The position numbers were made by a program, and so were the translations under genes. A stretch of 64,000 nucleotides of DNA from positions 12,241-76,240 of the forward strand of contig MEPB01000037.1 of the NCBI GenBank assembly GCA_001769385.1. Reading direction: 5' to 3'. The notes under the pieces are model-generated. The model was not told the origin of the DNA, searched no databases, and was given only the letters and a program-made list of their open reading frames with translations. This document shows, one piece after another, positions 20,151 to 31,500 of the stretch. The DNA is from Bacteroidetes bacterium RIFCSPLOWO2_12_FULL_35_15 (GTDB lineage: Bacteria > Bacteroidota > Bacteroidia > 2-12-FULL-35-15). Position 1 is the first letter of the stretch. Each line of letters begins with the position of its first letter.

Positions 20151-21095
20151 ATGATTGATAAAATTAAAATTCTAATAACAGGTGGTGCAGGATTTATTCC
20201 AAGTGCATTAGCTGAAAAGCTGGCTGAAAGTCCTGAAAATTATATTGTTATAGTGGATAGTTTGTTAACAGGAAGTCTTGAAAAAGTACCTGTTTCAAAA
20301 CACAATAACATTAAGTTTATTAAATGCGATGTTAATGAATTTCGGGACATATCAAGCGTGTTTTATGCTTATTCGTTTGATTATGTTTTTCATTATGCTG
20401 CAATGGTTGGGGTAAAAAGAACCTTAGAAAACCCTGTTAAAGTATTAAATGATATTTCGGGTATCAAGTACATATTAAATTTATCGAAAAATTCAGGTGT
20501 TAAAAGAGTGTTTTATTCATCCTCATCTGAAGTATATGGTGAACCTGTGGAGTTTCCTCAGAATGAACATACAACTCCATTGAATTCTCGTTTACCTTAT
20601 GCGATCGTAAAAAATGTGGGGGAGGCTTATTTAAAATCATTTAAAAAAGAATACGATCTGGATTATACTATTTTTAGATTTTTCAATACATTCGGACCTA
20701 AACAAAGTAAAGACTTTGTTGTTTCGAAATTTATTTCGGCAGCTTTGAATAATAATGATATTACCTTATATGGTGATGGAAAGCAAACCCGGACATTCTG
20801 TTTTATAGATGATAATATTGAAGCAACTACAAATGCATTTTATAAAAAATTAGTTGTGAATGATGTAGCGAATATTGGCGGGGATATTGAAACAACTATT
20901 TTGGAGTTGGCACAAATAATCATCAGATTAACCAATTCCAAATCAAAAATAATTTATTTACCTTCTCTTGAAGAGGGTGATATGACACGAAGAAGACCCG
21001 ATACTACAAAAATGAAACAATTGCTTCATCGTGATCCAATTCTATTGGAAGCAGGGTTAAAGAAAGTGTTGGAAAATACCAAATTTATTTTATAA
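20151..21095 (+). CDS. NAD-dependent epimerase/dehydratase (nucleotide-sugar modifying, SDR family)
   Basis: KILITGGAGFIPSAL Rossmann motif, a YxxxK-type catalytic segment (YAIVKNVGEAY), 314 aa. Adjacent to rfbA. Confidence 0.8.
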   Translation: MIDKIKILITGGAGFIPSALAEKLAESPENYIVIVDSLLTGSLEKVPVSKHNNIKFIKCDVNEFRDISSVFYAYSFDYVFHYAAMVGVKRTLENPVKVLNDISGIKYILNLSKNSGVKRVFYSSSSEVYGEPVEFPQNEHTTPLNSRLPYAIVKNVGEAYLKSFKKEYDLDYTIFRFFNTFGPKQSKDFVVSKFISAALNNNDITLYGDGKQTRTFCFIDDNIEATTNAFYKKLVVNDVANIGGDIETTILELAQIIIRLTNSKSKIIYLPSLEEGDMTRRRPDTTKMKQLLHRDPILLEAGLKKVLENTKFIL

Positions 21096-21101
21096 TACAT
21101 T

Positions 21102-22082
21102 TTGGACTCAATCAAAAAATATCAAGAGAAAATTGAACAGGCTTTAATAAAAAAAAGCTATGGCTCACATCCAAAAGAACTTTACGATCCAATCGAATAT
21201 ATTATGTCTCTTGGCGGAAAGAGAATGCGGCCGGTATTGGTTTTTATCGGATGCGATTTTTTTGGAGGTAATGTTGAAAAGGCTTTGCATCCGGCATTAG
21301 CCATTGAATTGTTTCACAACTTCACCTTGATGCATGATGATATCATGGATAATGCCCCATTACGCAGAAATCAAACAACAGTTCACGAAAAATGGAATAA
21401 CAATGTTGCTATTTTAAGTGGAGATGCTATGTTGGTAAGAGCGTATCAGGAATTGTGTAAGTCTGATGTGGCAGTGCTCCCGCAGCTCTTAAATGTTTTT
21501 AGCGATATTGCAATTAAGGTATGTGAAGGACAACAATTGGATATGAATTTTGAAAAACTTCAAAAAGTAGCTATTCCGGAATACCTGAAAATGATAGCAT
21601 TAAAAACTTCAGTATTGCTTGGCGGAAGTTTAAAAATAGGAGCTCTTTTGGCAGATGCAACTGAAAGTGATGCTCAAAAACTTTACGACTTTGGTAAACA
21701 TATTGGTATCGCATTTCAATTGCAGGACGATATTTTGGATGTATATGCAGATGCAGAAAAATTCGGGAAGCAAGTAGGAGGAGATATCATTGCCAATAAA
21801 AAAACATTTCTTCTTTTGAAAGCTTTGGAAATGGTTGAAGGTAATCGATTCATGAAGGAAGAATTACAGTTGTGGTTGAATGCACCACATTTTGATCCTG
21901 CCGAAAAAGTTGCAGCAATAACTTCCATCTATAATTTTTTAAATGTTCGTGAAATTGCACGTCATGAAATGCAAAAGCATTATGATATAGCTTTGACTTT
22001 CCTAAATGATATTTCTGTTGAGCAGAATAAAAAAAATGAACTGATTGCTTTCGCGGATAGTTTAATGGTGAGAGAAGTGTGA
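21102..22082 (+). CDS. Polyprenyl diphosphate synthase (trans-isoprenyl diphosphate synthase family)
   Basis: First aspartate-rich motif LMHDDIMD and second FQLQDDILD. Confidence 0.8.
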   Translation: MDSIKKYQEKIEQALIKKSYGSHPKELYDPIEYIMSLGGKRMRPVLVFIGCDFFGGNVEKALHPALAIELFHNFTLMHDDIMDNAPLRRNQTTVHEKWNNNVAILSGDAMLVRAYQELCKSDVAVLPQLLNVFSDIAIKVCEGQQLDMNFEKLQKVAIPEYLKMIALKTSVLLGGSLKIGALLADATESDAQKLYDFGKHIGIAFQLQDDILDVYADAEKFGKQVGGDIIANKKTFLLLKALEMVEGNRFMKEELQLWLNAPHFDPAEKVAAITSIYNFLNVREIARHEMQKHYDIALTFLNDISVEQNKKNELIAFADSLMVREV

Positions 22083-22115
22083 CCTACCTATCAATATAAA
22101 TTACTTCTCAGATTT

Positions 22116-23090
22116 TTAAATTTTAAATCCCAATTTTTCTCGTACTCTTTTTAAAGTTGTTTTTGCAATTACACGTGCTTTGCTTGCTCCTACTTGCAGT
22201 TTAGCATCCAACTCTGAACGGTTATTCATGTAATAAGTATAGGTTTCACGTTGTATTTTAAATTTATCTAATAGCAATTCATACAAAGCTGTTTTTGCAT
22301 GTCCATAACCATAATTCCCTTTCAAATAATTTTCGTGCATTGTTGCAACTTGCTCTTCCGTTGCGATTAATTTATACAATGCAAATACATTACAAGTGGT
22401 AGGGTTTTTAGGTTCTTCTAATGGAGTGCCATCCGTAATGATACCCATCACCACTTTTTTTAATTCTTTTTCAGGAAGAAAAATATTGATGAAATTATTT
22501 AAAGATTTACTCATTTTTTTTCCATCTGTTCCAGGAACAAGCATTGTCACTTCATCTGTTTTTCCTTCCGGAATAACGAATACTTCACCATAGTGATGAT
22601 TGAATTTTTCAGCAATATCACGGGTCATCTCCAGATGTTGCATTTGGTCCTTTCCGACTGGAACAAAATTTGCATCATACAAAATAATATCCGCAGCCAT
22701 CAAAACAGGATACGTAAATAAACCTGCATTTACATCCGCCAAACGATCTGATTTATCTTTGAAAGAATGTGCATTTGCCAACATGGGAAAGGGAGTAAAA
22801 CAATTCAAATACCAGGTCAGTTCACACACTTCCGTAACATCACTTTGACGATAGAAAATATTCTTATCAGTATCGAAACCAAAAGCCAACCAAGTTGCTG
22901 CAACTGCATCAGTACTTTCTTTTATGAAAGCAGGATCTTTAATTGTTGTTAAGGAATGAAGATCAGCAATAAAAAATAATGATTCATTTCCTTCTTGTTT
23001 TGACAATTCAATTGCTGGAACAATGGCCCCTAAAATGTTTCCTAAGTGTGGGATATTGGTACTTTGAATTCCCGTAAGTATTCTTGACAT
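22116..23090 (-). CDS. trpS: Tryptophan--tRNA ligase
   Basis: TGIQSTNIPHLGNILGA (HIGH-like) and KMSKSL. 324 aa. Confidence 0.9.
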   Translation of the reverse strand: MSRILTGIQSTNIPHLGNILGAIVPAIELSKQEGNESLFFIADLHSLTTIKDPAFIKESTDAVAATWLAFGFDTDKNIFYRQSDVTEVCELTWYLNCFTPFPMLANAHSFKDKSDRLADVNAGLFTYPVLMAADIILYDANFVPVGKDQMQHLEMTRDIAEKFNHHYGEVFVIPEGKTDEVTMLVPGTDGKKMSKSLNNFINIFLPEKELKKVVMGIITDGTPLEEPKNPTTCNVFALYKLIATEEQVATMHENYLKGNYGYGHAKTALYELLLDKFKIQRETYTYYMNNRSELDAKLQVGASKARVIAKTTLKRVREKLGFKI

Positions 23091-23282
23091 ATATATTTAA
23101 AATTAAGAGCAAAAAACGAATAAAAAAAATTTTGCCAAAGATAAGTTTATTTAAATAATTGACTAGATGAATAGTTTTTTGTTTGAGTTTAAAGCCAGTT
23201 TAAATTGTACTCAAACCTCTCCCGCTAAATCTTCTACTTATAATAAATAATTAATGTTTGGTTTTTAGTACATTTGCGTTAG

Positions 23283-24035
23283 ATGCAGTATTTGTTTATT
23301 ATCCCTCGAACTCTTTGGAAGATCTTATTTATGCTCAATTTTGCATTGGCATTGATCATTCTTTCCCCGTTGATTTATTTGTTTTTTAATAAAAAAGAAT
23401 TTTTTAAAAAATCGTATAACCTGACAAGATTTTTAAGTCATTGGTTAGTTTTTGTTCCCGGAATAATTTTGAACATAAAGAGAGAGACTCCTGCAAACCA
23501 ATTACCCAAAACAGCAATTTATTGTTCTAACCATTCATCCTATCTTGATATTATTTTAGCCTTTGTTGTGATAAAAAATCATTTTATTTCATTAGGGAAA
23601 AAACAATTAGAAAAAGTTCCAATTTTGAGAATGTTTTTTAAGAATGTTCATATTTTAGTGGACAGAAAAAGTGTGTCGAGCTCGCATCGGGCTTTTTTGA
23701 GATTGGCAAAATATCTTGACAATGGTACCAGCATTTTAGTTTTTCCGGAAGGAACCATTTCGAATTCAGGACAACTACTTGCTTTCAAAAATGGTGCATT
23801 TAAATTAGCGATCGATAAACAAGTTCCTATTGTACCCATTACATTTTTGAATAATTGGAAGCTTTTGCAAAATGGAGGGTTTTTGAAAGCAAAAGGGCGA
23901 CCGGGAATTTGTCGTATTGTTGTTCACAAACCAATTTATACTACCGGAATGAGTGAAAAGGATTTATTATCTTTGAGAACACAAGTTTACGATGTTATTT
24001 CTAAAGAATTAAACAACTATAACGCTGGGAATTAG
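23283..24035 (+). CDS. 1-acyl-sn-glycerol-3-phosphate acyltransferase-like (lysophospholipid acyltransferase)
   Basis: N-terminal TM, HxxxxD motif (NHSSYLDII), and FPEGT motif. Confidence 0.75.
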   Translation: MQYLFIIPRTLWKILFMLNFALALIILSPLIYLFFNKKEFFKKSYNLTRFLSHWLVFVPGIILNIKRETPANQLPKTAIYCSNHSSYLDIILAFVVIKNHFISLGKKQLEKVPILRMFFKNVHILVDRKSVSSSHRAFLRLAKYLDNGTSILVFPEGTISNSGQLLAFKNGAFKLAIDKQVPIVPITFLNNWKLLQNGGFLKAKGRPGICRIVVHKPIYTTGMSEKDLLSLRTQVYDVISKELNNYNAGN

Positions 24036-24061
24036 TAGCTTGAATAAAAAACAATTTTGCC

Positions 24062-24352
24062 ATGAAAATAGATAATGAAACGGTAGATAAAATTGCTCAT
24101 TTAGCTCGTTTAGAATTTGAGAATGAAGCAAAAGAACAAATTATTAAGGATATGAATAATATGCTTGCTTTTGTGGAAAAGCTGAATGAATTAGATACTT
24201 CTAATGTGGAGCCTTTGATTTACATGAATGAGGAAGTAAATGTTTTGCGTGAAGATGAAGTGAGGCACTATATTACCCAAGACGAAGCATTAAAGAATGC
24301 ACCAAAACATGATTCGGATTATTTTAAAGTGCCAAAAGTTATTGAAAAATAA
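24062..24352 (+). CDS. gatC: Asp/Glu-tRNA amidotransferase subunit C
   Basis: 96 aa. VDKIAHLARLEFENEAKEQIIKDMNNMLAFVEKL is typical GatC. Confidence 0.85.
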   Translation: MKIDNETVDKIAHLARLEFENEAKEQIIKDMNNMLAFVEKLNELDTSNVEPLIYMNEEVNVLREDEVRHYITQDEALKNAPKHDSDYFKVPKVIEK

Positions 24353-24373
24353 AAAATAATCTGAATCTTTAAC

Positions 24374-26776
24374 TTACACTTCAAATCCCCATTCGTCATT
24401 AAATAATTTATCAGGAGAAGAAGGTTTTTTAGGGATCTGTGTCTCTGCGCTTGGAAACGTTTTTTTGATTTCTATGTTTTTCTCAGTTGCCTCTTTCATC
24501 TTCTCTTTAAAGTTTTTGTTTTTAGGCCGTTCTGTTCGCTTCGTTTGTTCCTGTTTTGTGGAAGTTGAAACATTATTTTTCTTTCTCTCTTCGATTACTT
24601 CAACCAATGCAAAATCCAGTTGTTTTTTTACCAGGTCGGCACGTTTTACTTCTATTCTAACAGTATCACCCAGTGTAAGCACTTTGCCATATTTTCGTCC
24701 TCTTAAGCAATAATTATCTTCATCAAAAAAATAATTATCGTCATTCAGATCGCGTAAGCGAATCATGCCTTCGCAATGATTTTCAATAATTTCAACAAAA
24801 ATTCCCCATTCGGTAACACCGGAGATTTTTCCGTCATATTCTTGCCCTATTTTATCCTGTAGAAATTGTACCTGTTTGTATTTTATGGATGCCCGTTCAG
24901 CATCAGCAGCAAGTTTTTCCATGTCGGAAGAATGTTTGCATTGCTCCTCTAGTTTTTCAATATCCGGATTTTTTCCTCCATCTAAATAATGTTGTAATAA
25001 ACGATGAACCATTACATCGGGATATCTGCGGATAGGAGAAGTAAAGTGAGTATAATATTCAAATCCTAAACCATAATGTCCAATATTTTTTGTAGTATAA
25101 ATAGCTTTTGCCATGGTTCGAATGGCAAGCATTTCTATCATTCCTGATTCTTTTTTCTGATTCACTTCTTTCAATAAATTATTCATTGAATCAGCAACCA
25201 TTTTTTCGTTTTTGATATTTAATTTGTAACCGAATTTTGCAACAAATTCAGCAAAATTATTTAGTTTGTCTGGATTTGGTTTGTCATGGATCCTATAAAC
25301 AAATGGTTTTTGCGAATCCTGACTTTTATTTTTTGATTCTTGATTCTTGGTTCTTGATTCTTTCTCTTGCTTCTTCTTACCAACAAATTCAGCTACTTTT
25401 CTATTAGCCAACAACATAAAATCTTCTATCAATTGATTGGAATCTTTTGCAATTTTAAAAAATACGCCTGTTGGATTTCCTGCTTCATCCAAATGAAATT
25501 TTACTTCCATTTTTTCAAATGCGATGCTTCCTTTTTTAAACCTGTTGGCTCGTAGTGTTTTTGCTAATCTATCAAGTGTTAAAATTTCTTCTTTGAAATC
25601 GCCTTCCTCGGTTTCAATAACTTGTTGAGCTTCTTCGTATGTAAATCGTCTGTCGGAATTAATGATTGTTCTTCCAAACCACTCCTCAACTACTTCTGCA
25701 TCCTCCGTCATTTCAAAAACAGCGGAGAAACATAATTTTTCTTCGTGCGGACGAAGGGAACACACATTATTTGATAAAACTTCCGGAAGCATCGGAACAA
25801 CTCTATCAACAAGGTAAACAGAGGTGGCACGGGAAATTGCCTCCTGGTCTATCATGGAAGAAGTTTTTACATAATGACTTACATCGGCAATGTGAACACC
25901 GATTTCCCAGTTGCCATTGTTTAATTTTTGTATAGATAAAGCATCATCAAAATCTTTTGCATCAACCGGATCGATGGTAAATGTAGTGATAGTTCTAAAG
26001 TCACGTCTTTTTGAAATTTCTTCTTCCGTAATTTTGATAGGGATCAGGTCCGCGGCTCTTTCAACATCTTTAGGAAACTCATACGGTAAACCATATTCAG
26101 CAAGAATAGCATGCATTTCGGTATTGTTTTCTCCCACATCACCAAGTACTTCAATAATTTCACCAATCGGATTCACGCCATTTTTCGGCCATTCAACAAT
26201 TCTGGCAATTGCTTTTTGCCCATTTTTTGCACCATTTAATTTATCAAGTGGAATATATATATCAACATGAACTTTAATGTTGCTTGGAACTAAAAAGGCA
26301 AAACGGGGAGAAATTTGTATGGTACCTACAAATTTTATTTTTGCACGTTCAATAACCTCTATAATTTCTCCTTCTTGTTTGCCACTTCGTTTTGGAAATA
26401 AAAGAACTTTTACAATATCGCCATGCATGGCGTTTAGTGTTTTCTTTGGAGAAATCAGCACATCATCGGTTGTTTCTTCAGAAACAATATAAGCTGTTCC
26501 TGTGCTGGTCATATCAACCCGCCCGGTAATGTATTTTTGGATAGATTTTATTTTAAATTTACCTCTTTCCGGTTCAGATATAGAATCGGAATTTTTTAAT
26601 TCGGATAAGATCGTATTAATTAACAAGCGCTGAGAATGATCTGTAACAGATAATTCTGCAGCAATTTGTTTGTAATTTAGAGCTTTGTTAGGGGTTTTCG
26701 ATAATACTTTTAAAATTTCTTCGAAAAAAAAACTTTTGTTCTTTCCCTGAGTTTTATTTTTGAACTTTTTTGGCAT
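24374..26776 (-). CDS. rnr: Ribonuclease R
   Basis: 800 aa with RNB catalytic region, S1 domain and Lys-rich C-terminal tail. Confidence 0.9.
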   Translation of the reverse strand: MPKKFKNKTQGKNKSFFFEEILKVLSKTPNKALNYKQIAAELSVTDHSQRLLINTILSELKNSDSISEPERGKFKIKSIQKYITGRVDMTSTGTAYIVSEETTDDVLISPKKTLNAMHGDIVKVLLFPKRSGKQEGEIIEVIERAKIKFVGTIQISPRFAFLVPSNIKVHVDIYIPLDKLNGAKNGQKAIARIVEWPKNGVNPIGEIIEVLGDVGENNTEMHAILAEYGLPYEFPKDVERAADLIPIKITEEEISKRRDFRTITTFTIDPVDAKDFDDALSIQKLNNGNWEIGVHIADVSHYVKTSSMIDQEAISRATSVYLVDRVVPMLPEVLSNNVCSLRPHEEKLCFSAVFEMTEDAEVVEEWFGRTIINSDRRFTYEEAQQVIETEEGDFKEEILTLDRLAKTLRANRFKKGSIAFEKMEVKFHLDEAGNPTGVFFKIAKDSNQLIEDFMLLANRKVAEFVGKKKQEKESRTKNQESKNKSQDSQKPFVYRIHDKPNPDKLNNFAEFVAKFGYKLNIKNEKMVADSMNNLLKEVNQKKESGMIEMLAIRTMAKAIYTTKNIGHYGLGFEYYTHFTSPIRRYPDVMVHRLLQHYLDGGKNPDIEKLEEQCKHSSDMEKLAADAERASIKYKQVQFLQDKIGQEYDGKISGVTEWGIFVEIIENHCEGMIRLRDLNDDNYFFDEDNYCLRGRKYGKVLTLGDTVRIEVKRADLVKKQLDFALVEVIEERKKNNVSTSTKQEQTKRTERPKNKNFKEKMKEATEKNIEIKKTFPSAETQIPKKPSSPDKLFNDEWGFEV

Positions 26777-26891
26777 ACATCAAAAGTGCTAAGATTTAAG
26801 GGAAAAGCAAAAACTTTTTAAGAAAAACTTATTTTTTTATTATGGATGCAACCAAATAATGCAACTTTGCATCTAAACAACAGAAACGATT

Positions 26892-27419
26892 ATGACTGAT
26901 GAGCAAATAGTAAATGGCTGTATTCAAAAGAATGCTCTTGCTCAGGAATATTTGTATAAAAAGTTTTCACGAAAAATGATGGGCGTTTGCCTTCGTTATT
27001 CAGATAGTCAGGAGGAGGGAGAGGATGTTTTACAAAACGGGTTTATAAGTGTTTTTGAAAATATTGGATCATTTAAAGGAACGGGGTCGTTGGAAGGGTG
27101 GATTCGGAAAATAATGACCAATACAGCACTGACAAATATTAGAAAGAATAAAAAATTAAAACAAAATATAGCTTTGGATAGTGTAGAGTTCGCACTCCCC
27201 TCGGCCAATTATACGAATGAAAATTTTGCGGTAAAGGATTTGTTAAAAATAATACAAACATTACCACCTGGTTTTAGAACAGTTTTTAACTTGTATGCGA
27301 TCGAAGGATATTCCCATAAAGAAATAGGTGATATGTTGGATATTTCTGAGGGAACTTCAAAATCGCAATATTCAAGAGCAAAAGCACATTTACAAAAAAT
27401 AATATCAATTGACAGATAG
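26892..27419 (+). CDS. ECF-family RNA polymerase sigma-70 factor
   Basis: Region 2 (YKKFSRKMMGVCLRYSDSQEEGEDVLQNGFI) and region 4 HTH (YSHKEIGDMLDISEGTSKSQYSRAK). Confidence 0.85.
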   Translation: MTDEQIVNGCIQKNALAQEYLYKKFSRKMMGVCLRYSDSQEEGEDVLQNGFISVFENIGSFKGTGSLEGWIRKIMTNTALTNIRKNKKLKQNIALDSVEFALPSANYTNENFAVKDLLKIIQTLPPGFRTVFNLYAIEGYSHKEIGDMLDISEGTSKSQYSRAKAHLQKIISIDR

Positions 27420-28426
27420 TGATCAACATGAAAAATAACAATTTAGAAGATTTATTTAAAGATTCGTTCGAAAATTTTGAAGCGGATATTAATCCAAACG
27501 TTTGGAAAAATATTAAGGCTGGAATAAAAGAAGGGGATTCAGGAGTTGTAGCAAAGTTCAAATTTAACAAAATTGGCGTTAATGCTATTGTTGCCATAGT
27601 TTCGTCTATTGCCGCAATTATAGGAACTGTTTTGGTGATGAATATTGGATCTGATGACAGCAGCAGATCAAAACCGGTTAATACCACCCACGATGCCGAA
27701 TTAAACAAAACGGTTATTTCACCACAACAATCAGCAACAACTGAAAAAGGAGCTCCTGTTAAGGAAATTGAGCAAAAAGCGAACTGTTCGAACATTCAAA
27801 ATACAAATAATTCAGGAATAACAACTGATCAAATAACGAGTGAGAATATCGGAAATATCAAAAAAGACAAACAAAAGATCAACTCTATTATCAACACATT
27901 GTCTGAAGAACCAGTTGCATTAATCAATGCTTATCCAATTGGTGGAACAGTTCCTTTATTTGTGAATTTATCAAACAAAGGAATTGGAAAGACAAATAAA
28001 TGGACATTTAATGATGGGAAAAAATCAACCACATCAGCCAACCCTGTCCATGTTTTTGAAAATCCGGGTGTTTATACCGTTATTCTTACGTCTGTAAGTG
28101 CGGAAGGGAAAACATCAATTGACAGTGTGGAGGTGGAAGTAACAGGCAATTCATCTATTTCTCCAATTCCAACAGAGTTTTCGCCTAATGGTGATGGAAT
28201 AAATGATGAGTTTGTTTTTAAAAGCCAGTTTATTGCCAATATGAGCGCTGTTATATTTGATAAAAACGGCAATATTATTTATACATGGGAAGGTGAAGGA
28301 AAATGGGATGGAAAGGATTCAAAAGAAAAAAATGCGAAAATCGGGACCTATTTTTATTTGATTTCAGCGGTAGGTGTTGACGGAAAGAAGTTTGAACAAA
28401 AAGGATCAATAAATCTTACCAGATAA
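27419..28426 (+). CDS. Anti-sigma-like single-pass membrane protein with periplasmic PKD-like domain and gliding-motility-type (T9SS type B) C-terminal domain
   Basis: Start overlaps the sigma gene stop by 1 nt. ~50-aa N-terminal segment, TM (AIVAIVSSIAAIIGTVLVM), Ser/Thr-rich linker, PKD-like segment (PVHVFENPGVYTVILTSVSAEG). C-terminal FSPNGDGINDEF...GTYFYLISAVG block typical of the CHU_C/T9SS type B CTD. Confidence 0.65.
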   Translation: MINMKNNNLEDLFKDSFENFEADINPNVWKNIKAGIKEGDSGVVAKFKFNKIGVNAIVAIVSSIAAIIGTVLVMNIGSDDSSRSKPVNTTHDAELNKTVISPQQSATTEKGAPVKEIEQKANCSNIQNTNNSGITTDQITSENIGNIKKDKQKINSIINTLSEEPVALINAYPIGGTVPLFVNLSNKGIGKTNKWTFNDGKKSTTSANPVHVFENPGVYTVILTSVSAEGKTSIDSVEVEVTGNSSISPIPTEFSPNGDGINDEFVFKSQFIANMSAVIFDKNGNIIYTWEGEGKWDGKDSKEKNAKIGTYFYLISAVGVDGKKFEQKGSINLTR

Positions 28427-28565
28427 TATTTAAATGTTTTATTGTTGAAAATACGTAAAAAGCTCAAAAAAGATTATAAAACTGAAGAGGAAATATAAAA
28501 TCCCTCTTCAGTTTTTTTATTTTGAAACTATAAATTATATTATATTAGCATCAAAAAAATTTAGG

Positions 28566-31500
28566 GTGAAAAAAAATAAAATTTGTATTTTCTTTTTATT
28601 GGGATTGTTGCTAACTCAAAACCTAAGGGCATCACATATCGCAGGCGGTGATTTGAGTTATGTTTGTTTAGGAAATAACCAATATCAGATCAATCTTAAT
28701 TTGTTTGTTGATTGTTTGGGTTTTGACCCTGGAGCTAACCAAACCATAACTTTTACAAGTTCGTGTGGAGGAAGTGCAACTGCAACGGTAAATGTAATTA
28801 ATCCCGGTGGTACAGAAATTTCTCAATTATGTCCTGCACAAATAAATAATAGTACATGTAATGGAGGAACCCTGCCCGGCATGTGGGGTTTCCATTTCAC
28901 CGGGACAGTAACACTCGCTCCTGCATGTGATACCTGGACAATGAGCTGGACCACCTGTTGCAGAAATGCAGCAATTTTAAATCTTCAGACTCCTGATGTT
29001 TTCGGAAGTTATATTCAAGCGACCCTCAATAGTGTCACGGCTCCATGTAATAGCTCTCCATCATTTACTTCTCAGCCAATCCCTTATGTTTGCGTTAATC
29101 AGCAAGTAAATTATAATTATGGTGTTGTTGAAACAGATGGTGATTCTATGTATTATTCATTGATAAATGCAATGGATGCAAATGCTGTTAATCTTGCTTA
29201 TGTTGCAGGGTATTCAGCTAGTTCTCCAATTCCCGGAATCACCATTAATCCGATAACAGGGGTGCTTACTTTTACCCCAACCATGCTTGGGAATTTTGTA
29301 GTAGTTGTTTTGGTTCAGGAATATGATAGCAATGGAAATTTGATTGGAACAGTTATGCGTGACATTCAGTTTATCGTACAAAGTTGTTCCAATATTGTTC
29401 CTGATCCTACTGCCGGTGCAATTTCAAATTTAACAGGAACAGCTGTTCAAACAAGTCCTTTTTCTATTGAAATGTGCGAGGGATCTTCTTTTACATTTGA
29501 TGCTACTTATACTGATGCAAATGCAGGAGATGTTTTAACATTGGTTTCAAATATTTCAACTGTACTGGCCGGGTCAACACTTACCACAACAGGAGCAAAC
29601 CCGCTTGTAGCAACTATAACCTGGACTGCTCCTGGCGGAAGTGCAAATACAAATACCAGTTTTAGTGTTACCGTTAATGACGGAGCCTGCCCTGTTATGG
29701 GGCAACAAACATTTGTTTATGACATTAATGTTCAGCCTCGAACTCTAGCGGGCCCCGACCATATTATTTGTGGAATACAAAGTGTAACATTAACCGGAAC
29801 AGGTGGAAGCCTTTTTACATGGAACGTAATAAGTGGTCCTGCAATGATTGTTGGAACAAATTTCTCTTGCAATCCTTGTGCAAATCCTATTGCATCTCCA
29901 AATGCTACCACCACTTATGAAGTGGTAAGTAATCTGAGCGGAACCTGCGTAAATAAAGATACAGTTACTGTTACTGTTGTTCCCGATTTTTCTTTTGTCA
30001 CCATTCAGACTACTGATACCTTGTGTTTGCAGCAACTTGTGCAGTTAAATATTACAGGTTCTCCTGCCGGAGCATATACCTATTTATGGTCTCCACCAAC
30101 GTATCTGAATAATATTACAATTGCCAATCCTACAGCAAATGTTACTGTTCCGGGAACCTATAGCTATTATGTTGATATTACAAGCCCTTTGGGTTGCCTT
30201 AAAAAAGATACTGCAACTATAACAATTCTCCCGGACATCAGAACCCGAGTTGGACCGGATACAGTATTGTGTATTTCCCAAAGTGCCCAATTAAATGCGA
30301 CAAGTGGAAGTTCTTTTTCCTGGAATGTATTAAGCGGTACTCCAATGGTTGTTGGAACAAATTTTTCCTGTAACCCATGCGCCAATCCTATTGCTACACC
30401 AACTGTAACAACGGTATATCAGGTAACGAGCAATTTAAACGGTACTTGTATAAATAAAGACACCATTACTGTTACTGTTGTTCCAAATTTTTCCTATGTA
30501 ACAAGTCAGAGTTCAACGAGCTCATGCTTGTTGCAGCCAATACAATTTAATGCAGTGGGTTCTCCTGCCGGGACATATACCTATGACTGGTCTCCTTCCA
30601 CGTATCTAAACAATACAACAATCGCAGACCCTGTTGCAACAATTTCTTCTCCCGGAACCTATACGTATTATGTGAATATAACAAGTCCTTTGGGTTGCGT
30701 GAAAATTGATACTGCTTCCATTACAATAACTGCAAGTTATCCTCCAAATCCGGTTTCAACTGTAACGGATACGGTTGTTTGTGTAGGCGATACAGTTTTA
30801 CTTGGGGTAACTTTTGGAACTTCAGTTCCATCAGTATGTGGTACAAATCCGATAGGTTGTAGTGCTGCTTTAGTTGGAACTGTGGGAACAGGAACAACCT
30901 CCAACTCTACTACCAGCTATCCCGCACCTTACGGAAATTGGTACACTTCTGCAAAGCATCAGTTTTTGTTTAAAGCTTCAGAGTTAATTGCTGCAGGAAT
31001 TACCGGAGGAAAAATTGATCAGATCGATTTTAATGTCTCTACAATTACTGGAATAACAGCATATCACGAATATACAATAAATATGGGTTGTACAAATCTG
31101 ACTACTTTAACGAATTGGGTGACCGGCTTATCAAATGTTTACACTCCAAAAACCTATAATGTTGCAAGTGGATGGAACGGCCATGTTTTTGATCTGGCTT
31201 ATGAATGGGACGGAATATCAAATGTGGTAGTTGAAATTTGTTTTAGTGAAATGCCACCAACATCAAATTACACTAACAATTGTTCTTCCCCTTATACAAC
31301 AACAACATTTACATCTTGTTTATATTCAATAAGTGATGTTACACCACAATGTCCAAATCTGGGTCTGCCAACTACAACTAATAACAGACCAAATGTTCGT
31401 TTTCATTATTGTGGATCTGCTCCAGACTCAACAAAATATACATACACCTGGATGCCGCTAAGCGGAGTTTTTAATCCGCATACACAAACTACAGGTGCGA

